A DNA stretch of 16,600 nucleotides from an uncultured bacterium (GCA_963977445.1 CAXBPH010000149.1:1-16600); one strand, 5' to 3'. Numbered from the stretch's first letter, positions 1-7,371 are shown. Translations and numbers: made by a program. Notes: generated from the sequence alone by a model not told the origin.

Positions 1-25
1 GTACGTCCCAAGAAGGGGGACTGCC
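1..25. repeat. 25-bp direct repeat, copy 1 (probably truncated by the window edge)
   Basis: GTACGTCCCAAGAAGGGGGACTGCC at 1-25 is identical to 279-303; it contains an internal GTCCC...GGGAC stem. Confidence 0.9.
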
Positions 26-112
26 TCGGCCACGCCCCTGTGGGGATGGATTGTAGCCCACACATCCAACCCACCAGCCAATACAATGGAAAGGTTCCTC
101 GGAGGCCGTGGC

Positions 113-190
113 TGTCCCGATTGGGGTAGGCGTTTTGGGCGGGGTATCTTGTAAGAGGACGGGCCATTGGGTTCGACCCCAAACGGGACA
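113..190. repeat. Inverted repeat with 14/15 matching pairs
   Basis: TGTCCCGATTGGGGT (113-127) pairs with ACCCCAAACGGGACA (176-190); the single mismatch is A120/A183. Confidence 0.8.
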
Positions 191-278
191 TACCCCCGCG
201 TTGTGGCGTTTTACCGCTTGTTGGAGCACGTCCGATGGCGGGTGTTCGCATTCTTTCGGTTCTGGCTTCCTGGCGGCG

Positions 279-303
279 GTACGTCCCAAGAAGGGGGACT
301 GCC
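279..303. repeat. 25-bp direct repeat, copy 2 (REP-like imperfect palindrome)
   Basis: Exact match to 1-25, offset 278 bp; with its flank it reads GGCGGTAC-GTCCC-AAGAAGG-GGGAC-TGCC. Confidence 0.9.
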
Positions 304-419
304 GATCCCCGAAACTTCAACGCTAATTTGACGGTGGCCCCGGTGATTTGTCAAGGTTTGGACAACCCACACCGCTTCCGGAAGGTGGGCACCATGACAC
401 GTCGCTCTGAAGGGCACCT

Positions 420-1688
420 ATGTTTAAATTTATTCACGCCGCCGACATCCATCTCGACAGTCCGCTGAAGGGCCTGGCGAAATACGAAGGGGCACCCGTC
501 GATGAGATACGCGGTGCGACCCGGGGAGCCCTCCAGAACCTGGTCCACACGGCCCTGGACGAAGAAGTCGATTTTGTGCTTATTTCGGGCGATGTCTATG
601 ATGGCGACTGGAAAGACCACAACACGGGCCTCTATTTTGCCCGCCAGATGGCACGGTTGAAGGGCGCGCAGATTCCGGTCTATCTCATTGCCGGTAATCA
701 CGATGCCCAGAGCGTCATGAGCAAAAGCCTCCAATTACCCGACAATGTCTTCCGCTTTCCCACCAAGAAGGCCACGACGGTCCATCGGGAAGATCTGGGT
801 GTGGCCATCCATGGCCAGGGTTTCCCCACCCGGGCCGTGACGAAGGATCTGAGCGCGGGTTATCCGGCACCGGTGGCGGGTGCCTACAACATTGGACTCC
901 TTCACACGAGTCTCACGGGCTATGAGGGACACGACAATTACGCCCCCTGCACGGTGGCGGGCCTGACCCGTCTGGGCTATGACTATTGGGCACTGGGCCA
1001 TATCCACCAGCAGGAATGCATCCACGATCAGGACCCGGTCATCTGGTTCCCCGGCAACATTCAGGGACGGCACATTCGCGAAGCGGGTCCCAAAGGGTGC
1101 CTGGTGGTGTCGGTGGACGAGCGGGGTGATCATGAGGTGCGCTTTGAGGCGCTGGATGTGTTGCGGTGGGCCACCATCGAACTGGATGTCAGTGACTGTG
1201 CTGACCTGCTGGCCTGCGTCGCGTGCCTGCAGGTGCCACTGGAAAAACTCCTCGAACGGATTGAAGACCGCCTGCTGGCGATACGCATCGTGTTTACCGG
1301 CGAAACGGCCGCCCACGATGGACTGGTCGCCCGAACCGTGCAATTGCAGAATGAATTGCGGAACAGCGCCAACATTCACGGGGGCGATCAGGTATGGGTC
1401 GAAAAAGTCTCGGTGCGTACCACCAGCCCCGCCGGGAATCCCTCCGCCGAATCCGATGACGGACCGCTGGCCATGGTAAACGCGGTGGTGGCGTCGCTCC
1501 AGGCCGACCCCGAAGCCCGTGCGCAACTCGACGCGCTACTGGAGCCCTTACGAAGCAAACTCCCGGCCGAATTGGTTGCGGGTGACGGCGAGTCCACCTT
1601 CGGCGACGATGCCTCCCTCCTTGCCCTGCTCGAAAATGCCGAGCCCATTATTCGCCAGGCCTGGCGCGATCAGGAGGCCGGCCAATGA
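420..1688 (+). CDS. yhaO: Mre11/SbcD-like metallophosphoesterase DNA nuclease, YhaO family
   Basis: All five metallophosphoesterase motifs are present (ADIHLD, GDVYD, GNHD, LHTS, LGHIH); YhaO-type segments FPGNIQGRHIREAGPKG and YAPC; ATGA overlap with the downstream ATPase gene. Confidence 0.9.
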   Translation: MFKFIHAADIHLDSPLKGLAKYEGAPVDEIRGATRGALQNLVHTALDEEVDFVLISGDVYDGDWKDHNTGLYFARQMARLKGAQIPVYLIAGNHDAQSVMSKSLQLPDNVFRFPTKKATTVHREDLGVAIHGQGFPTRAVTKDLSAGYPAPVAGAYNIGLLHTSLTGYEGHDNYAPCTVAGLTRLGYDYWALGHIHQQECIHDQDPVIWFPGNIQGRHIREAGPKGCLVVSVDERGDHEVRFEALDVLRWATIELDVSDCADLLACVACLQVPLEKLLERIEDRLLAIRIVFTGETAAHDGLVARTVQLQNELRNSANIHGGDQVWVEKVSVRTTSPAGNPSAESDDGPLAMVNAVVASLQADPEARAQLDALLEPLRSKLPAELVAGDGESTFGDDASLLALLENAEPIIRQAWRDQEAGQ

Positions 1689-4600
1689 AACTGGAACGCC
1701 TCCACCTGAAAGCCTTTGGTGGCTTTGATGACCATGCCCTCGATCTGTCGGGCGGCGATGCGGGTCTGCATCTGATCTATGGACCCAATGAAGCGGGAAA
1801 AAGCACGACCCTCCGGGCCATCACCCAACTATTTTATGGCATACCCATACGCACGGCAGACGATTTCCTTCACCCCATGAAGTCCCTGCGCATTGGTGCG
1901 ACCGTGGGTCGTGGTAAGGACAGCCTGACCTTTTATCGCCGCAAGGGAAAGAGTTCGACCCTGTTGGCCGCCGACGAAAAAGCACCCCTTTCCGACGATG
2001 CACTTTTTGCCTTTCTGGGGGGCGTGGATGAGGAAACCTTCTCTCATCTCTTCGGCCTGAGTCACGAGCAACTGGTGCGTGGTGGCGAGGCCCTGGTGCA
2101 AGGCGAAGGGGATGTGGGCCAGGCCCTGTTCTCTGCCGCGGCCGGTATGGGTAACCTGCGCAACGTTCTGGATCACCTGGAAGCCGAAGCGGGTGACTTA
2201 TTTAAGCCCAGTGGATCCAAGCCGTCTATCAACCATGCCCTGAGTGCATTGCGCGATGGGAACAAACAGCTGCGGGAGGTCCAACTTCTGCCCAAAGAGT
2301 GGACGGCCCTTTCGGAGGCCCTGGAACTGGCCCGTGGAGAACGGGACGGCCTCGTGGCGCAAATCCGGGAGCTCAGCACGGCACAGCGCCATGGAGAGCG
2401 CATCCTCAAAGCCCTCCCGCTGGTGGCACAGCGTCTGGAAACGCTGGAACGACTCCGGGAGCTCGGCGACGGCGTTTCCCTCCCCGAGGACTTTCGGGAA
2501 CGTCGTGTGAGCGCGGTCCAGGGCTTGGCCGTGGCCCGGGAACAGCACCAGGTGGCGGAGTCCAACCTGGCACGGCTCGTGGCCCAGTTGGATGCCCTCG
2601 ATGTGGATGAGACGCTCCTGGCGCAGGAAAGTCGTATCGAAGCCCTCCATGGCACCCATGAAGTTATTTTGAAGGCCCAGCATGACAAACAACGCAATCT
2701 GGAGCCGGAATTACGGGCACACCAGGCCGAGATGGCCCGGCTGCTCAAGGAATTGAAGTGTGATGTGTCCCGTGACGCCCTGGAAGGGCTGCGCCCGGAG
2801 CCGGGTGTGGCCGCACGCATCGCAGAGCTCCGTAGTACCCGTCAGCACCTCCAACAGGAAAAAGAGCACGTCGGGACCCAACAACAAAAGCTTGAGGCCG
2901 AGCGGAATCGGTGCGTCGAAGGTCTGGCGACCCTCGGAGAACTCCCCGACGCGGGTCCCCTCACCCGCGTCCTCCAGGAGGCGATGGCGGTCGCGGCGCG
3001 TGAACAAGAACACCAGCGCCAGGTCGACGCCACGGCCCAACTGGGTCAGCAGGTGGACGATGCCATTGAGCGACTCGATTACTGGTCGGGTTCCCGGGAA
3101 GCGCTGGAATCCCTGAAGGTCCCCAAAGCGAGCACCATTGAACGCCTCCGCGTTCAACTGGAGTCGGACGAGGCCGAAGCCCAGCGTTGGACCCAGGAAA
3201 AAGAAACCCTCGAAAAAGAGCGGGACGAACTTACAATTCAATTGAACGGACTGCAACGGGCCCAGCACATTCCCACCGAAGGAGAGCTGCTGGCACTCCG
3301 GGAGCAACGTGCAACGGGCTGGCGCTATGCCCGCGACGCGTGGACAGACGGCATTCGACCCGACGCGGTAGACAAGGCCCCGGTGAAGGCCTTCCTGAAG
3401 ACCGTGGGGACTACGGGAAATCTTGCCGACGCGGTGGAAACCTTGATCCAGGAGGGCGACGATATATCCGATCGTTTGCGCCGGGAGTCGGACCGTTCTG
3501 CCCAGGTCGCCCAGTTGGAGAGTCGCCGTGATGCCCTGGCGGAACGGCTCACCCGTGTGTCCGCAAATCAGGCAGCGGGTCAAACCCGCCACGACGCCAC
3601 ACGGGCGGAGTGGCATGGCCTGTGGGCACCCGCGGGCATTGAGCCCGAAAGCCCCTTGGAAATGGCGGAATGGTATGGCGATTACCGGGCCATCCTGGAC
3701 GACCTTGCGCGCTTGAAGACGGAGGAGGCCCAGGTAGTCGCCTATCGCGCTCTGGCCGCACAGCAGAAGGAGGCGTTGGTTACCGCGCTGGACGCCTTGG
3801 GCCACCGCCCCTCCCACACCTCGCTGGACCTCAGCGGATGGGTAGGCGAAGGGGAAACCTTTCTGGGAGCCCTCCGTGAGCAACAGGAACAGCAGGCCCG
3901 ATGGAAAAACCAGTTGGAGCTTGCGGAAAAAGAGTTGGCCGAACTCGCACGGACCCAATCCCAGAACGAGGAAAACCAGACGGCCTGGGCTAGCGAATGG
4001 GCCGACATGATGGGCCGCATTGGTGCCGGGGCGACAATCTCCCCCACGGAGGCCACGGCCAAGCTGGAACGGCTCACAACACTTTTTGATACGCTGGACG
4101 ATGCGGACGCCCTGGAACAGCGCATTGCGCAGATGGACGAGGACCACGGGGCTTATCTCGCGGACGTGGAAGAACTCGCCCAGGCGGCGTCCACCTTGAC
4201 CGATCATCCCCTCGATTCCCTGGTCCCCGCGCTGTTTCAATTGCTCAAAGCCCATCGTGAGATGGCCACCGAGCAGCGTGGATTGTTGCGTCGACGCGAG
4301 GAAGAGGCCGCCGCGCTGGCCACCTCGGAAGCCGCCCTGGAACGTGCCGAGAGTGAGTTGTCCGACCTCTGTGCGCTGGCCCAGGTCGATTCCGTGGTTG
4401 CCCTGGAGGAAGCCGAAGGCCGCTCCCTGAAAGGGGCCGCGCTGCACCATGAATTGGATGGGCTGGAAGCCCGCTTGCTGGATATTTCGCCCGGCCTGTC
4501 CCTGGAGGCCTTTCTGGACGCGGTGGCCTCAGAAGACCCCGATCAGGTGGAAGCCCGTCTCGCGACCATGGGCCCGGAACTGGCCCGGGCGGAAGAAAAG

Positions 4601-5221
4601 CGGGAATCCCTTTCCGAGACCATTGGCAAGCAGGAAGGGGAACTCAACAAGCTCGATGGCAGTGGCGAAGCGGCGGCGTTGGCCGATGACGCCGAGAATC
4701 TGCTGGCCGAAGTCCGAGAGGATGCCCAACGCTACGCCCAACTCAAGGTGGCCCACTATGTTCTCAGCGAGGCCATTGAGCGCTATCGGACGGCCAATCA
4801 GGACCCCCTCCTTGCCCGGGCCGGTGCCCTCTTCGAAATCCTGACGCTGGGCTCCTTCAAGGAACTGCGGGCCGATGTGGATGACCGGGGACGTCAGGTG
4901 CTGTGTGGCGTTCGGGCCCGTAACGATGCCCTCGTGCACGTGGGAGGCATGAGCGAAGGTTCGGCGGACCAACTCTACCTCGCGCTACGCCTCGCCAGTC
5001 TCGAACGGCACCTGGAAAAACACGACCCCATCCCCTTCGTGCTGGATGATATTCTGGTGAACTTTGATGACCAACGTGCTGCGGCGACCTTGAAGGTGCT
5101 TGGAGAACTTTCCAAGAAGACTCAGGTCATTTACTTTACCCATCACCACCATCTGGTGACGCTCGCGAAGGAACACGTGGAAGGGTCGTGCCTCTATACC
5201 CACGAACTGCCCCGTGACTGA
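1685..5221 (+). CDS. yhaN: Rad50/SbcC-like coiled-coil ATPase, YhaN (AAA_27-type) family
   Basis: N-terminal Walker A GPNEAGKST; long central coiled-coil-like region rich in E/Q/L/A/R; C-terminal signature MSEGSADQLYLALRLA, Walker B/D-loop FVLDDILVNFDD and H-switch YFTHH; SD AGGAGG at 1672-1677. Confidence 0.9.
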   Translation: MKLERLHLKAFGGFDDHALDLSGGDAGLHLIYGPNEAGKSTTLRAITQLFYGIPIRTADDFLHPMKSLRIGATVGRGKDSLTFYRRKGKSSTLLAADEKAPLSDDALFAFLGGVDEETFSHLFGLSHEQLVRGGEALVQGEGDVGQALFSAAAGMGNLRNVLDHLEAEAGDLFKPSGSKPSINHALSALRDGNKQLREVQLLPKEWTALSEALELARGERDGLVAQIRELSTAQRHGERILKALPLVAQRLETLERLRELGDGVSLPEDFRERRVSAVQGLAVAREQHQVAESNLARLVAQLDALDVDETLLAQESRIEALHGTHEVILKAQHDKQRNLEPELRAHQAEMARLLKELKCDVSRDALEGLRPEPGVAARIAELRSTRQHLQQEKEHVGTQQQKLEAERNRCVEGLATLGELPDAGPLTRVLQEAMAVAAREQEHQRQVDATAQLGQQVDDAIERLDYWSGSREALESLKVPKASTIERLRVQLESDEAEAQRWTQEKETLEKERDELTIQLNGLQRAQHIPTEGELLALREQRATGWRYARDAWTDGIRPDAVDKAPVKAFLKTVGTTGNLADAVETLIQEGDDISDRLRRESDRSAQVAQLESRRDALAERLTRVSANQAAGQTRHDATRAEWHGLWAPAGIEPESPLEMAEWYGDYRAILDDLARLKTEEAQVVAYRALAAQQKEALVTALDALGHRPSHTSLDLSGWVGEGETFLGALREQQEQQARWKNQLELAEKELAELARTQSQNEENQTAWASEWADMMGRIGAGATISPTEATAKLERLTTLFDTLDDADALEQRIAQMDEDHGAYLADVEELAQAASTLTDHPLDSLVPALFQLLKAHREMATEQRGLLRRREEEAAALATSEAALERAESELSDLCALAQVDSVVALEEAEGRSLKGAALHHELDGLEARLLDISPGLSLEAFLDAVASEDPDQVEARLATMGPELARAEEKRESLSETIGKQEGELNKLDGSGEAAALADDAENLLAEVREDAQRYAQLKVAHYVLSEAIERYRTANQDPLLARAGALFEILTLGSFKELRADVDDRGRQVLCGVRARNDALVHVGGMSEGSADQLYLALRLASLERHLEKHDPIPFVLDDILVNFDDQRAAATLKVLGELSKKTQVIYFTHHHHLVTLAKEHVEGSCLYTHELPRD

Positions 5222-5374
5222 CGGCTATAGACGAGTGGAAAAATTGGTTCATGGTCAACGAATGAGGATGATTTATTCGACACATCTAGTGCCGGAGGTA
5301 AATGGATGACTCGACGGCTTCTTGCGAATCATCTCGCCATGCAACTTTTTGTAGATAAAACGTCAAACCATGGA

Positions 5375-5587
5375 CGTGCCGCGCGATCTGGTACTCCAGT
5401 TCGTGCGAAGGGGCTGTGGGACGTCGTTGGGATCTATGTAGTTGTGGGAAGTCTTCAAGAGGTCATTGGGAATAGAGCATTGTGCTTGTGCTTGGCCTTG
5501 ATGTGGAGACGTAGTCATACCTCCTAATCCGCGCACGAATCCTCCTGCGGCGCATCTTCGACCGGAAATACCGGATCGCGCGGCACG
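5375..5587 (+). ncRNA. Candidate structured RNA (or non-autonomous element) bounded by a 19-bp inverted repeat
   Basis: CGTGCCGCGCGATCTGGTA (5375-5393) pairs with TACCGGATCGCGCGGCACG (5569-5587): 18 Watson-Crick pairs plus one U.G on the + strand; further nested helices inside. The repeat is observed directly; the RNA identity is inference. Confidence 0.4.
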
Positions 5588-5660
5588 ATTGGTGGGTTCA
5601 GTTTGTTTTGGCGGAGTGAGTCTTTGTTGGCACCCATTATATTGCCCATGAACCAAAAAC

Positions 5661-5691
5661 TTGACATGCTATTCCATCGGTTTACTACGCT
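5661..5691 (+). promoter_or_regulatory. Putative sigma70 promoter for the pbfA-like gene
   Basis: Perfect TTGACA at 5661-5666; the best -10 is TACGCT at 5686-5691, giving a long 19-bp spacer. Confidence 0.4.
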
Positions 5692-5733
5692 GTCGTTACG
5701 ACCTGTCTTACGACGCTTATGGGAAGCCCCAGC

Positions 5734-7098
5734 ATGACCCAACACGACGAACTGAAGCACTTGCGCTCTGAGGGCGACATCAATCTGTCTCCCGCCCGAA
5801 GCGCCTGGGCGGCGGTGCACCTCAACGCCGAGACCCAGGCCCTGATCGACGAGGATGCCCGGTATTTTCTGCACCAATCTCTATCGACGCCGTGCCTCAA
5901 TGGGGTGCAGGGTTGCGGGGGCAGTTACCTCCAGGATGTGGAAGGTCGCTCGATTCTGGATTTCCACGGGAATTCGGTCCACCAGGTGGGCTATGGCCAC
6001 CCCACGGTGGTTGCGGCGATTCAGCGGCAACTGGCCGAGCTGCCCTTTTGTCCGCGCCGCTATACCAATCGACCGGCAATTGACCTGGCGAAAACACTCT
6101 CCGAACGGGCCCCGGGCGACCTGAATCGTGTGCTTTTTGCCCCGGGGGGCACAGCGGCTATCGGTATGGCCCTGAAACTTGCCCGGGCAGCCACCGGACG
6201 GCACAAGACCATTTCCATGTGGGATTCCTTTCACGGGGCCTCGCTGGATGCCATTTCCATTGGTGGAGAGGCCATTTTCCGCAAAGATATGGGGCCCCTC
6301 TTACCGGGAACCGAACACGTGCCTCCGCCGGACCCGACGGGCTGTCCCTTCAAGTGCGGCACGACCTGTTCCCTCCAGTGTGCCGACTATGTGGAGTATG
6401 TGTTGGAGAAAGAGGGCGATGTGGCGGCGGTGGTGGCCGAAACGGTGCGCAGCACGCCCTATATTCCGCCACGGGACTATTGGAAACGAATCCGGGAGGC
6501 CTGTGATCGCCATGGTGCCCTGCTGATACTCGACGAAATCCCGACCTGCCTCGGGCGGACTGGCGCGTTCTTCGTCCATGAGCACTATGACGTGGTGCCC
6601 GATATGGTGGTCATCGGCAAGGGTCTGGGCGGCGGCATATTCCCCCTGGCCGCCCTGATTGCCCGGGAGGGGCTGAATGACGCCATGGCCACTCGGGCCT
6701 TGGGACACTATACCCACGAAAAAAGTCCCGTGGCCTGCGCGGCCGCCCTGGCTACCATCGACGTTATCGATTCGGAAGGGTTACTGGAGCGGTCCCGAAC
6801 GATGGGCGACTATGCCCTGGAAAAACTCCGGGCCTTGCAGGCGGAGATTCCGTTGATTGCCGACGTGCGGGGGCTGGGGCTCTTAATCGGGGTGGAATTG
6901 AAGGACCCGACGACCGGCGCCCGGGCAATTGAAGCGGCGGAGCAGGTGCTCTATGGATGTCTTTCCCGGGGGCTGAGTTTCAAGGTGAGCATGGGCAATA
7001 TATTGACCCTCGTACCACCCCTGACGATTGGCCAGACCGAGATGGATGATGCCCTGGAAATCTTACGCCAGAGTCTGTTGGATGTGGGCCAAATGTGA
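5734..7098 (+). CDS. pbfA: Class-III PLP-dependent enzyme, likely (R)-1-hydroxy-2-aminoethylphosphonate ammonia-lyase
   Basis: Class-III motifs SFHGAS, LILDEIPTCLGRTG and DMVVIGKGLGGG (PLP lysine). The segments RSEGDINLSPAR, FLHQSLSTPCL, LDFHGNSVHQVGYGHP and GHYTHEKSP match my recollection of PbfA. Start 5734 is chosen for the GGGAAG 7 nt upstream; 5719 is the alternative. Confidence 0.8.
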   Translation: MTQHDELKHLRSEGDINLSPARSAWAAVHLNAETQALIDEDARYFLHQSLSTPCLNGVQGCGGSYLQDVEGRSILDFHGNSVHQVGYGHPTVVAAIQRQLAELPFCPRRYTNRPAIDLAKTLSERAPGDLNRVLFAPGGTAAIGMALKLARAATGRHKTISMWDSFHGASLDAISIGGEAIFRKDMGPLLPGTEHVPPPDPTGCPFKCGTTCSLQCADYVEYVLEKEGDVAAVVAETVRSTPYIPPRDYWKRIREACDRHGALLILDEIPTCLGRTGAFFVHEHYDVVPDMVVIGKGLGGGIFPLAALIAREGLNDAMATRALGHYTHEKSPVACAAALATIDVIDSEGLLERSRTMGDYALEKLRALQAEIPLIADVRGLGLLIGVELKDPTTGARAIEAAEQVLYGCLSRGLSFKVSMGNILTLVPPLTIGQTEMDDALEILRQSLLDVGQM

Positions 7099-7205
7099 GT
7101 GCTTCGGTGCCGGACGGATACGACGGGAGAACGCTCCAAAAGTAATGGCTGATATCGCTCCCTTGGGGTCGCCAAGAAGCGGGGGATCCTATTCCCCACC
7201 CATTC

Positions 7206-7235
7206 TTGTGTTGCCGGAGTACCGTTTCCTATAAT
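7206..7235 (+). promoter_or_regulatory. Putative sigma70 promoter of the glycan cluster
   Basis: TTGTGT (7206-7211), 18-bp spacer, perfect TATAAT (7230-7235); overlapped by the inverted repeat GTTGCCG/CGGCAAC. Confidence 0.5.
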
Positions 7236-7371
7236 AGTCGGCAACTTCCGGCTCAATCCGTCTTCCTCATTCTTTCACATGGGTAGGTGTCCTATTGCCT
7301 TGCGGCATCGCCATACGCTCCCTGGACGGGTATCCGGAATCACTGTCTACGAGAGAGGTTTTCCACAGTCC

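Noticed and set aside
64..226. Integron attC-like site (ATCCAAC ... GTTGGAG)
   Set aside because: The 163-bp span is longer than typical attC sites, the R' box does not fit GTTRRRY, and there are no clear L boxes or cassette ORF
1..303. CRISPR array interpretation of the 25-bp repeats
   Set aside because: Only two copies, separated by 253 bp, and no cas genes in the window
240..419. LexA/SOS box upstream of yhaO
   Set aside because: No convincing match to CTGT-N8-ACAG, GAAC-N4-GTTC or GTTC-N7-GTTC; the TTGAC-N17-GTCAA dyad (328-354) and CTTCCGGAAG palindrome (375-384) are too short to call
108..468. Short ORFs upstream of yhaO
   Set aside because: They overlap the repeat and hairpin region and have no recognisable protein features
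2711..4450. 579-aa antisense ORF inside yhaN
   Set aside because: Shadow ORF typical of GC-rich coding DNA; no recognisable motifs and it lies entirely within a well-supported gene
5141..5152. HHHH run in YhaN
   Set aside because: It coincides with the ABC H-switch (FTHH), so it is not a separate metal-binding tag
5286..5480. Selenoprotein read-through on the minus strand (MLYSQ-TGA-PLEDF...)
   Set aside because: No SD before the ATG, no redox-motif context and no evident SECIS hairpin
5375..5587. Retron msr/msd, tmRNA, RNase P, SRP RNA or cobalamin riboswitch
   Set aside because: No reverse transcriptase in the window, and I could not find the hallmark motifs of these RNAs by eye
7168..7186. 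Partial likeness of GTCGCCAAGAAGCGGGGGA to the 25-bp repeat
   Set aside because: It needs several insertions over a short length, which is compatible with chance
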